Shown here one piece after another: positions 28,853 to 37,048 of a DNA stretch of 64,000 nt (positions are counted from its first letter, which is position 1; each line of letters starts with the position of its first letter). This DNA is from a virus (Duplodnaviria > Caudoviricetes). The stretch is taken from positions 15,611-79,610 of the IMG/VR virus record IMGVR_UViG_2936072512_000001; one strand, 5' to 3'. A program made the translations under genes and the position numbers. A model generated the notes under the pieces. It ran no database searches, was not told where the DNA came from, and saw only the letters and a program-made list of their open reading frames with translations.

Positions 28853-29437
28853 TCACGGCACGAGCAGGTTGATCGCCACGCCGATCGGGATGGACACCAG
28901 CACGCCGAAGGCGAAGAACGTCCACTGCTGGCGCTTCCCGGCCGCGACGTTGGCGTCGATGACCGTCTGGGCCGCCCCGGCCATGAGGGCTTGGATCTTC
29001 TCAGCCTGTTCTTGGTTCACTTCAAGCATGCGCTGCTGTTCGGCAGAACGTCGAGCCAGCTCCTCGTTGGCCACCTGCTGTGCGTGTAGTTCACGAGTCA
29101 GTTCGTCCATCAGCTCTGCAGTTTGCTGCAGAGACGTTGTGATCTTGGAGCTCAGGTCGCGCAGGCGCACTCCGGGAACACCCGCAAGGACCTTGACGGC
29201 ATCCTCGTATGCCGAGCGCTGCGACCGGTAGTTGTCGCGGATGATGAGTGTGAGACCTCCCACGACTATGGCAGCGAGGGTCGCCCACTCCACCCAATCC
29301 GGAGTCACCGTGATTAAGAGCCCCAAGGCAAAGAGGACTGGTATGGCGAGCAGCATGCCTGCGCCAATGCCAGCAAGCGAGCGAAGCGTGAACTTGAGCG
29401 GAGGAGGCGGGGGCTGGGGCGTCGGCATGCCCGCCAT
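28853..29437 (-). CDS. Membrane moron protein (2 TM - coiled coil - TM)
   Basis: Hydrophobic segments flank a Gln/Glu-rich coiled coil; lower GC3. Confidence 0.65.
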   Translation of the reverse strand: MAGMPTPQPPPPPLKFTLRSLAGIGAGMLLAIPVLFALGLLITVTPDWVEWATLAAIVVGGLTLIIRDNYRSQRSAYEDAVKVLAGVPGVRLRDLSSKITTSLQQTAELMDELTRELHAQQVANEELARRSAEQQRMLEVNQEQAEKIQALMAGAAQTVIDANVAAGKRQQWTFFAFGVLVSIPIGVAINLLVP

Positions 29438-29555
29438 CCTGCCGGATAAGCATGATCGTGAAGGGCGTTGATCTCTGGTCGTAATCGAGGCTAAGCCTAC
29501 GGATTGCGGTGGTACGGTCACGATCGAATGTCCCCTCGCGAATCGGACAAAGATC

Positions 29556-30008
29556 ATGAGCGACACCCTGATCGTCTCGCCCCCACGCCTGCCTGGCTAC
29601 CTCGCCGAGATCGAGGTCGCCGACTGGTCCCTCCACCTTCGACGCGTCGATGTGTCGAACCTGGCGGCGGTCCTCGACAACCTCGACACCGGGCACCCCG
29701 GCGGCTCGATCCTCCTCGATGGCGATGGCGACGAGGAACTGGTGCTCACCGTCGCTCTGCGTCCAGGCGAGGCCATCCTTCGTGTCGAGCGCGACGGCGA
29801 ATGGGACCCGAACCACGCCGTTCTCGACGCGGCAGCGTGCGAGAACGCTCGCACGGCCCTCCGCGCCGCCATCGCCGCCGACAGGGCCGCATCAGCCGGT
29901 GACCCGATTCCTCCGGGCGTACAGGTCGCCCTCGACGCCAGGGAAGTCATCATGGACACGATGCGCCGCGAGCTGGAGGAATACCGGAGGGGCGGGCACG
30001 GTGACTGA
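29556..30008 (+). CDS. Hypothetical protein
   Basis: Codon bias; overlaps the next start. Confidence 0.6.
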   Translation: MSDTLIVSPPRLPGYLAEIEVADWSLHLRRVDVSNLAAVLDNLDTGHPGGSILLDGDGDEELVLTVALRPGEAILRVERDGEWDPNHAVLDAAACENARTALRAAIAADRAASAGDPIPPGVQVALDAREVIMDTMRRELEEYRRGGHGD

Positions 30009-30249
30009 GCACGTGGTCTCCACGCTGCCCGCCCGCAAGATGGACGCCCATACCCCGTTCTTCCGCTGGGCCTGCTCGTGCGGCGACCGAGGCACCAGCA
30101 CCTTCGGCTACGTCGGCCAGGCCGAGCGGGCCGGCCGCGACCACGCCGCGGCGAAGGCCGAGCTGGAGCGTCTGCGTCAGGTGGAGAAGTCGAGCGGGTC
30201 AGGGACGGGACACCCGTCGCCGCAGGTCCGCATCGAGATCGGGTTGTAG
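30001..30249 (+). CDS. Small WxCxCG..H protein
   Basis: GGAGG RBS, GTG at 30001. Confidence 0.55.
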   Translation: MTEHVVSTLPARKMDAHTPFFRWACSCGDRGTSTFGYVGQAERAGRDHAAAKAELERLRQVEKSSGSGTGHPSPQVRIEIGL

Positions 30250-30492
30250 CGGAACCAGGACTGGTGGTTGTGCATCCAGTCGGGGAGTGCCACTCGATCA
30301 GGCACTCCCATTCGCCTCCTGGCGGCCGCCGCCACACCCGCAGGATCGCGTGCCTGACCTGGCCGTCTTCGTAGAGCACATCTACGACCTGGCGCGGGTT
30401 GACGGCCTTCTGCTCTCCGGTGCCGCCGCTGGCGTCCTCCAGCATCGGGCGGGCGAACCGGTGCCACCGCGAACACGCTGCCGAGTAACGCA
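30177..30492 (-). pseudogene. Small gene apparently split by a frameshift near 30280
   Basis: Protein-like VDVLYEDGQVRHAILRVWRR..WECLIEWHS continues in another frame as PDWMHNHQSWFRYNPISMR at a C4 run. Confidence 0.4.
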
Positions 30493-30503
30493 TCCGGCCA
30501 TTA

Positions 30504-30519
30504 TCGAACATGCTTTCGC
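30504..30519. promoter_or_regulatory. LexA (SOS) box-like site
   Basis: TCGAAC-ATGC-TTTCGC versus the actinobacterial consensus TCGAAC-N4-GTTCGA. Confidence 0.45.
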
Positions 30520-30526
30520 GCCTCTG

Positions 30527-31120
30527 CTACTCGGCCAAGGCCTTCTCTAGCCGAGACAGAAGCTGTTCTAGGTGGCTTGGGCAAGGCGCGAAAAGTGGAC
30601 CCATGGCTCGCCTCTTGTCCGGAGGCATGGTTCGCACCTCTCTCAGCATCCTGTGGAGCTCGTTGACTGTCACCTGGGTCTGCCATGTACGGAACACGTC
30701 GTGATCGGCGGTGAACTTATCCCGATCCAGAAGCAGGATCCTGTCGATCGAGACCCACTCGCGGGACGGTACGTGATGCCCGGTATCTGCGGGAGTTGGC
30801 TCAGGAACCGATTCTAGAGATCGGAACAGACGCAGCTTCTGCCTCATGGCCGCCCAGGTGTGGCGGGCCCGCCTGCCTGTCAGCACCGCGACCCCGCACA
30901 CGAGAAATCCGATGGCTGTGGCCAGCTTGAAGAGCTTGCCGGGCCGGTCGTTGATCAGCGCGATCCACTCTTCCGCGCGACCGGCAGCGTCGTCGGGATC
31001 GCAGGATTGCAGGTAGGCGGCGCGCCGTATCAGCTTGCGGGCCAACCAGGGCGAGATGTCGCAGCTCTCGTTGACGATCAGCCCGAGCACGACTCCGAGG
31101 ATGATCTCTCGGCTACTCAA
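30527..31120 (-). CDS. Membrane protein, partner of PadR
   Basis: TTG start overlaps the PadR stop; SPWLARKLIRRAA..RAEEW then TM. Confidence 0.65.
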   Translation of the reverse strand: MSSREIILGVVLGLIVNESCDISPWLARKLIRRAAYLQSCDPDDAAGRAEEWIALINDRPGKLFKLATAIGFLVCGVAVLTGRRARHTWAAMRQKLRLFRSLESVPEPTPADTGHHVPSREWVSIDRILLLDRDKFTADHDVFRTWQTQVTVNELHRMLREVRTMPPDKRRAMGPLFAPCPSHLEQLLSRLEKALAE

Positions 31121-31482
31121 CGGGTACCGCCAGCCAGGAGGCCGAGCAGCCACGTCAGTGGCGCAAATCCCAGGGTCGGCCTTGGCGTCAGCGCTGCGGG
31201 ACGGCGCTGCGTGAGCAGTGCACGAGCGGCGGGGATGCCTTCGCCGGTGAGCGAGTAGTAGCGGCGGCGGGGGCCGGGGTTGTCGGGTTCGAGCTCTTCC
31301 CAGCGTCGTTCGATCCATCCGGCTTCGTGGAGCCGGTCGAGGGCGCGGTAGACCGTGGGGCCGTTGCGCTTGGTGGCCTTGATGATGGCCCAGCCGTGCA
31401 GCTCTTCGTTCTGCTGGTGCGCTCGGAGGAGCGCTTCCAGGACGTCGAGGGTGGGTCCGGTGACCCGTTCGATCCCTGCCAT
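31117..31482 (-). CDS. PadR-family transcriptional regulator
   Basis: LHGWAIIKAT..GPTVYRALDRLHEAGWIE..PRRRYYSLTGEG. Confidence 0.88.
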   Translation of the reverse strand: MAGIERVTGPTLDVLEALLRAHQQNEELHGWAIIKATKRNGPTVYRALDRLHEAGWIERRWEELEPDNPGPRRRYYSLTGEGIPAARALLTQRRPAALTPRPTLGFAPLTWLLGLLAGGTR

Positions 31483-31511
31483 GCCTCTATCGTACCTAGG
31501 TACATTAAGGA

Positions 31512-32780
31512 GTGCGCGGGGATTTGCTGACCGCCATCTCCTTATTCGCCGGGGTCGGCGGCTTCGACCTCGCCCTGCAGCGCGCGGGCGTCCGGGTGAC
31601 GGCCGCCGTCGAGATCGACAAGGCCGCGCGTCGGGTGCTGGCCGCCCGCTTCCCCGACACCGTGCTGTTCTCCGATGTGCGGGAGGTGACCGGTGGCCGC
31701 CTCCTCGCAACCGGCTTTACCCCCGAGCAGGGGATCGTCACCGCAGGTTGGCCCTGCACCGGCAACAGCGTCGCCGGTCGCCGGCGAGGCCTCGACGACG
31801 ACGGCTCCGGCCTGTGGTCGGAGGTGCGGCGGCTGCTCGCCGAGCTGCGCCCGGCCTGGTTCATCGGGGAGAACGTCCGCGGGCTCCTCTCGGTCAACCA
31901 GGGCACGGACTTCGCGCAGATTGTCGACGACCTGGCCGAGCTCGGGATGGGGTTCGCCTGGAGGGTGTTCGACGCTCGATACTTCGGAGTGGCCCAGCGA
32001 CGCCGTCGTCTGCTCGTTGTCGGACATGCTGGAGGATCACCGGACGGTCCCCGCGAAGTACTTCTTGAGCCCGGCCGCCGCGGCGTCGATCCTGCGCCGG
32101 GCGGCCAGGCGGCGCAGGACGTTGCCGGAACCCTTGGCGGAGGCACTGGCAGTCGTGGCTGGTGCAACGACCTCGACCGGATGACGTTCCTGCCCGTGGT
32201 CGAGCCGATCACCGGGCCGATCGTGGCGTCGGCGCTCACCTCGAACATGGCCGGAGCCGGGGGTGGAGTCGATGACAACACCGCCCAGGCCTGGCACATC
32301 GTTCCTGCAGGGGTCGGGGTCAGGAGGCTGACCCCGACCGAGTGCGAGCGGCTGCAGGGCTTCCCGGACGGCTGGACCGACGTGCCCGGCTGCTCGGACG
32401 CCGCCCGCTACCGGCAGATGGGCAACGCCGTCCCGGTGCCGTTGGCCGAGTGGGTCACCCGCAGAATCAGGCGGGCGTCACGCAACCCGGATGGCGATAT
32501 CCCCTCAGCAGTGCCTCAGGATCGACACGACGCGGCCAGTGAGCGCGTGATGGAACTGCTTGCTGCTCTTCCCCGTGGGGACGCGCCAGCACTCGTTCCA
32601 GCCACCGACTGCGTCGGTGAGCGTCACCGTGAAGTATCTGACGGCACTGCAGTGGTTGTTGACGTAGATCCGGGTGTTGGTCAGTCCACGTTCCCACGAG
32701 AAGTTGATGCTTCCCGGCTCCCACTCACAGCTGAAGGAGCGAGTGGCAGCGGTTCCCGCCGTGTCGGCGAGCGCGGGTGA
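31512..32780 (+). CDS. DNA (cytosine-5) methyltransferase with read-through C-terminal tail
   Basis: I SLFAGVGG, IV GWPC, VI ENVRG, VIII QRRRR, IX RRLTPTECERLQGFP, X RQMGNAV. Confidence 0.92.
   Translation: MRGDLLTAISLFAGVGGFDLALQRAGVRVTAAVEIDKAARRVLAARFPDTVLFSDVREVTGGRLLATGFTPEQGIVTAGWPCTGNSVAGRRRGLDDDGSGLWSEVRRLLAELRPAWFIGENVRGLLSVNQGTDFAQIVDDLAELGMGFAWRVFDARYFGVAQRRRRLLVVGHAGGSPDGPREVLLEPGRRGVDPAPGGQAAQDVAGTLGGGTGSRGWCNDLDRMTFLPVVEPITGPIVASALTSNMAGAGGGVDDNTAQAWHIVPAGVGVRRLTPTECERLQGFPDGWTDVPGCSDAARYRQMGNAVPVPLAEWVTRRIRRASRNPDGDIPSAVPQDRHDAASERVMELLAALPRGDAPALVPATDCVGERHREVSDGTAVVVDVDPGVGQSTFPREVDASRLPLTAEGASGSGSRRVGERG
31693..32184 (+). CDS. Nested +1-frame ORF inside the C5 methyltransferase (beta-subunit-like)
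   Basis: Own SD GGAGGTGA at 31682-31689; CSLSDMLE..PAKYFLSPAAAASILRRAARR..LPEPLAEAL. Confidence 0.6.
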   Translation: MAASSQPALPPSRGSSPQVGPAPATASPVAGEASTTTAPACGRRCGGCSPSCARPGSSGRTSAGSSRSTRARTSRRLSTTWPSSGWGSPGGCSTLDTSEWPSDAVVCSLSDMLEDHRTVPAKYFLSPAAAASILRRAARRRRTLPEPLAEALAVVAGATTSTG

Positions 32781-32849
32781 TCCGGTTCCGATGAGCCCGG
32801 CCGCTCCCAGCGTTAGTGCGCTGAGCAGCGCGGTGACATGACGTCGCAT
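32505..32849 (-). CDS. Small secreted four-Cys protein (moron)
   Basis: AAGGGA RBS; signal peptide ending ALA-D; IYVNNHCS..C..C. Confidence 0.7.
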   Translation of the reverse strand: MRRHVTALLSALTLGAAGLIGTGSPALADTAGTAATRSFSCEWEPGSINFSWERGLTNTRIYVNNHCSAVRYFTVTLTDAVGGWNECWRVPTGKSSKQFHHALTGRVVSILRHC

Positions 32850-33174
32850 GGTGATTCCCTTCGCGGATATTGCTGTCAGCCATGAGAGGAATCCAGCAAC
32901 CGGACCGTGACGCGGGTCGCGGGAGTGTGAGCCGGATCACGCGGCCCATCGGCGTCATTCTGCCGAGCGTGGCCCCAGCCGCCGGGTAGCCCTTGACCAC
33001 TCAGAACCTGCGCTGTCCGGCACGCATGCCCCGTGACCTGCGGTGGTCCTCCACTTTGGGGCTGGGGCCACGCTCGGGAAAAGGACACCAAGAGCCTTAA
33101 GTTGCGCAATCGTCACCGCGTACTTGGGGTCCCCGTAAGAAACGTGTCATGGGCCCCAAACGAGCGGCTCTACT

Positions 33175-33423
33175 TCAGGCTGCTTTCCTGGCAAGCGCCT
33201 GGTCGGCTTCGGAGCCGAGCAGCTGCGCGGCGGCCGACAGCTCGGTGAGCAGCTCGGCGTCCATCGCGTCGAGCGTGGCCGTCAGGCCCTGCACGTCGCC
33301 CCGGTACGCCCACCCCATCGCGCCCTGCGCGGCGAAGGTGCGGCCCACCGTCACGAAGGCCTTCTGCATGTCCGCCATGGCCTTGGCGAACGCCTTGTAT
33401 TCGCTGGTCGGTTCGTCGTTCAC
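33175..33423 (-). CDS. Small helical moron protein
   Basis: GAGGAG RBS, GTG at 33423. Confidence 0.55.
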   Translation of the reverse strand: MNDEPTSEYKAFAKAMADMQKAFVTVGRTFAAQGAMGWAYRGDVQGLTATLDAMDAELLTELSAAAQLLGSEADQALARKAA

Positions 33424-33453
33424 ATCACTCCTCACGATCGATCGGGGACCGCC

Positions 33454-34239
33454 ATGGGGCTGCGCCCTCCGTTCCAGTACTACGGCGCGAAGGGCAAGCT
33501 GGCCCCGTTCCTGGCGAGCCTACTGCCGCCGCACGAGGTGTATGTCGAGCCGTTCGCCGGGTCCGCCGCGGTGTTCTTCGCGAAGAAGCCCGCCAAGATC
33601 GAGACGATCAACGACCTCAACGGCGACCTGATCGCGTTCATGCGCACCCTGCGCGACCAGCCCAAGGCGCTGATCCGGGCGGTGCAGTTCACGCCGTACG
33701 CCCGCGCCGAGCACCAACAGGCCAAGCTCGGCGACGCCACCGCGACCGACCTGGAGCGCGCCCGCCGCTGGTGGATCCAATGCACCCAGTCCCGCTCCGG
33801 CGAAGCCGGCGCGTCCTGGCGCCGGCCGACCTCGAGGACGCGGGTGAACAACCCGGCCGGGGCGAAGCGGGCGTCAACGTCGCTGCGCTGGCATGCGGCG
33901 CGGCTGCGGGAGGCGTTCATCGAGCAGTGCGACGCGCTGGAGCTGATCCAGCGTATGGACTCGCCGACGACGGCGTTCTACGTCGACCCGCCGTACCTGC
34001 GCTCCACCCGCAACGAGTTCGGGTCGGGCCACTACGTCAAGGAGATGGACAAGGAGCACCAGCACGTTCCGCTGCTGAAGATCCTCGCCGCGTGCGAGGG
34101 CGCGGTGGTGCTGTCCGGCTACCGGTCCGACCTGTACGACGACATGCTGCCCGGGTGGCGGCGCATCGACTTCCGGGTGCGGAACGCCGCCTCCGACGAG
34201 CGGCGGCATGCCGTCGAGTCGGTGTGGGTCAACCGCTGA
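33454..34239 (+). CDS. DNA adenine methyltransferase (Dam-like, D12 class)
   Basis: YYGAKGKL, YVEPFAGSAAV, INDLN, FYVDPPY. Confidence 0.92.
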   Translation: MGLRPPFQYYGAKGKLAPFLASLLPPHEVYVEPFAGSAAVFFAKKPAKIETINDLNGDLIAFMRTLRDQPKALIRAVQFTPYARAEHQQAKLGDATATDLERARRWWIQCTQSRSGEAGASWRRPTSRTRVNNPAGAKRASTSLRWHAARLREAFIEQCDALELIQRMDSPTTAFYVDPPYLRSTRNEFGSGHYVKEMDKEHQHVPLLKILAACEGAVVLSGYRSDLYDDMLPGWRRIDFRVRNAASDERRHAVESVWVNR

Positions 34240-34509
34240 ACCAGCGAGCCCGCTCCACCTGCTGCTGAAACTCGCAGCCGGGCGCGATGTAGCGAGGTGA
34301 AGCGATTCCGTGTCGTAGCAGCCCGACGAGCCGTTCGTGCCGCTCGTCGATCATCTCCTGGATCAGGCTCCGCTGCTTGCCGGTCTCCTGCTGCTCGTCA
34401 CGCTGACGGACGTGCTCGTCGCACTCGCACTGTCGCTCGCTCACGGCCTCATGCTCCCACCGCGCGCCCCTCGCGCGAGCGGGATTCCCCTCACCCTCTG
34501 GAGTTCGCC

Positions 34510-35523
34510 ATGTGGTGGCACTCGACCAACTACCTGAAGCAGGACGGCCCGACCAAGGGCATGCTGGCGCACCGCCGCTACTCCCTGTACGAGACACCGA
34601 GGCTGATGCTGCGCTGCCGCCTCTTCGGCCACAAGCCCGTCGTGGACGGGCACGGCCCGATCGGCGAGGCGCTCAGCGCGGCCCGATGGGTGGTGTGCGA
34701 CCGGTGCGGTGTCCGGCCTGACCCACAGGGCAGCCTCGACCCCGAGCGGTACGCGATCGGCGAGCCGTACACCGGGCGACTCGACAACGTGGTCTTCATC
34801 ACGGAGTTCCGCGAGTCCGGCGGCCACCGGCGCCCGCCGGGTCCGTGGCCGGTGAAGCCGACCGGCGACATGCACGCCGAAGTGGTCGTCGGCCAGACGT
34901 GGGGCGTCTTCTCGGCCGAGCTGAAGGTCGGCAACTGCGGCAGTGACAACAAGATCGGGGCGCACCTGCGGATGTGGCCGATCGGTGCCATCTACCTCGG
35001 CTTCGGCTCGCACGGCACCTGGCTGCAGCGCCGCCTGAACCCGGACGGATACGAGTCGCGCGTGATCAGCCTCAACGTCGGCGAGTGGCGGATCGGCTGG
35101 AAGCTGTGGGCCCGCCGCGACGCCTGGTCGGCCGGCGAGCCGCGCTGGATGCAGGGCTTCATCTCCCTCGACCTGGCGCAGAAGCTGTTCGGCCCGAAGC
35201 GCTACTCCTACAAGCCGGTCGAAGGTCCCACCTACCAGTGGGTGCGCCTCAATCACGGCGAGCTCCACCAGGTGCAGCTGAAGCTCCACAAGCAGCGGCT
35301 CGGCCGGCCCCGGCTGGAGTGGCGGGCGAAGTACAGCTGGACGGTGGAGTGGAAGGCCGACGCGCCCATCCCGGTCGGCGACGGCAAGACGCTCAGCAAC
35401 GGCTGGGTGGACGTGCCCGAGGTGTCGGTCGAGAACGGCATGTGGGACCTGACCGCCGCGGCGCGCGCCGCACACCAGATCAACGAGCGCCGCGACCGCA
35501 GCGACTACCGGAGGCAGGCGTGA
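34510..35523 (+). CDS. Trp-rich phage hypothetical protein
   Basis: GGAG RBS, ATG at 34510; CRLFGHK..CDRCG. Confidence 0.75.
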   Translation: MWWHSTNYLKQDGPTKGMLAHRRYSLYETPRLMLRCRLFGHKPVVDGHGPIGEALSAARWVVCDRCGVRPDPQGSLDPERYAIGEPYTGRLDNVVFITEFRESGGHRRPPGPWPVKPTGDMHAEVVVGQTWGVFSAELKVGNCGSDNKIGAHLRMWPIGAIYLGFGSHGTWLQRRLNPDGYESRVISLNVGEWRIGWKLWARRDAWSAGEPRWMQGFISLDLAQKLFGPKRYSYKPVEGPTYQWVRLNHGELHQVQLKLHKQRLGRPRLEWRAKYSWTVEWKADAPIPVGDGKTLSNGWVDVPEVSVENGMWDLTAAARAAHQINERRDRSDYRRQA

Positions 35524-35822
35524 ACATCCCTGCCTGGCTCCTCAACGCTGCGCACCGTCGCGGCGTCGTCCGCAGCCTGTCGAGCCGGTCCGGCAACATG
35601 GTGAACACGCCGATCGTGATGCGGTTCTCCGCGCGGACGTGGGCGCCGCACTGGCTGCTGAAGGCCTCCCTCCGCCACTCGTGGGCGATCATGAACCGCT
35701 CGAAGAGCGACGCGTACGCGCTCGCCCGGGTCCAGCGCTCCAACCAGGCGATGAGCGGGCTCGTCATCTGGGAGTTCACCTTCCGGCCGCTGGCCTACAC
35801 CGATCAGAAGCGGGGGTGGTGA
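35520..35822 (+). CDS. Hypothetical protein
   Basis: Coupled at both ends. Confidence 0.6.
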   Translation: MNIPAWLLNAAHRRGVVRSLSSRSGNMVNTPIVMRFSARTWAPHWLLKASLRHSWAIMNRSKSDAYALARVQRSNQAMSGLVIWEFTFRPLAYTDQKRGW

Positions 35823-36544
35823 TGGCGCGCATCAATGACCAGGAGTACGTGCTGCTGCCGGTGGATGCGGTCACCCCGCACCCGGACAACGCCAACCGGG
35901 GCAACGTCGACCTCATCGCCGAGTCGATCGAGACGAACGGCTTCTACGGCGTCGTCGTCGTGCAGAAGTCCCGCATGCGGGTCATCGCCGGCGAGCACCG
36001 GTGGCGCGGCGCCCGCGCCAAGGGCCTGGCCGAGTTTCCCGCCGTGGTGGTGGACGTCGACGACGAGACCGCCAAGCGGATCATGCTGGCCGACAACAGG
36101 ACCAGCGAGCACAGCGAGTACGACGAGGAGCAGCTGGTCGCGCTGCTGCAGTCGCTGCCTGGCCTGGACGGCACCGGCTGGACCGACGACGACCTGGCCG
36201 ACCTGCTCGACTCCCTCGACGACGAGATCGAGATCGTCGCCGACGAGCCGGGCACGGGCCGATCCTCCTCGCCTCCTCCTCGACCGGCTCACGCCGAGGA
36301 CGACGCCGAGTCCGAGGAGGACGACGATGACGATCTCGACGAGGCCCTGGACGACGGGGACGAGCCAGCCCCCGCCGAGCCGCCACGGCCCAGAAGCGGA
36401 CAGACCGCTGAGCTGATCGTGCCGCTCACCGCCGACGAGCACGCCGAAGCGTTCCAGCTCATGGCCGTCATCCGTGAGCGGGACGGCGACCTGTCGTTGC
36501 CTCAGCTGGTGCTCGCGGCGCTGCGCACGCACGCCAGAACGTAG
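35822..36544 (+). CDS. ParB/Srx N-terminal-domain protein with acidic linker
   Basis: PHPDNANRG..IAESIETNGF..VIAGEHRWRGA..MLADNRTSE. Confidence 0.85.
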   Translation: MARINDQEYVLLPVDAVTPHPDNANRGNVDLIAESIETNGFYGVVVVQKSRMRVIAGEHRWRGARAKGLAEFPAVVVDVDDETAKRIMLADNRTSEHSEYDEEQLVALLQSLPGLDGTGWTDDDLADLLDSLDDEIEIVADEPGTGRSSSPPPRPAHAEDDAESEEDDDDDLDEALDDGDEPAPAEPPRPRSGQTAELIVPLTADEHAEAFQLMAVIRERDGDLSLPQLVLAALRTHART

Positions 36545-36555
36545 CGGAATCGCTA
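36542..36555. promoter_or_regulatory. Operator-like site TAGCGGAATCGCTA
   Basis: One-mismatch copy over the ParB stop, directly before the TerS RBS. Confidence 0.55.
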
Positions 36556-36571
36556 GGAAGGACATCCCCTC

Positions 36572-37048
36572 ATGCCGAAGGTCAACAAGGCCCGCGAGGT
36601 GGAGCTCGCCCAGCGCCGCTACCAGGCGGTGCAGATGCGCATCGCCGGGGTGCCGCTCGCCATCATCTCCGAGCGTCTCGGCTACTCCGGGCCCGCGTCG
36701 GTGTCGAAGGACATCGATCGGTCTTTGCAGAGGGCCGCCGCGCAGGAGCACATGGCCTCCGAGCACCTGCTGAAGCTGGAGATCGACCGGCTCGACCGGG
36801 TCATGGCCGCGCTGTGGCCCAAGGCGCTCAAGGGCGACGTCCAGTCCTGCGAGACGATCTTGAAGACGATCAACCGGCGCAGCTCCCTGCTCGGCCTCGA
36901 CCTGATCAACCGCAACGGCGTCGGCGACACCGACATGGCCTCGCTGCTCGGCAACATGCTCGCCCAGCTGCAGGCCAAGCACCTGCCCGCGCAGCCGAAC
37001 GTGGACGCCATTATCGAGGCCGAGGTGATCGCGGAGATCGAGGCGTGA
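36572..37048 (+). CDS. Terminase small subunit (HTH)
   Basis: IISERLGYSG HTH; LEIDRLD..LWPKALKGD..RRSSLLGLD; immediately before TerL. Confidence 0.8.
   Translation: MPKVNKAREVELAQRRYQAVQMRIAGVPLAIISERLGYSGPASVSKDIDRSLQRAAAQEHMASEHLLKLEIDRLDRVMAALWPKALKGDVQSCETILKTINRRSSLLGLDLINRNGVGDTDMASLLGNMLAQLQAKHLPAQPNVDAIIEAEVIAEIEA

Noticed and set aside
30247-30260. Further TAGCGG hits (21827, 30247, 31259, 39479, 40879, 43565)
   Set aside because: Half-sites only, lacking the CCGCTA arm; not counted as motif copies.
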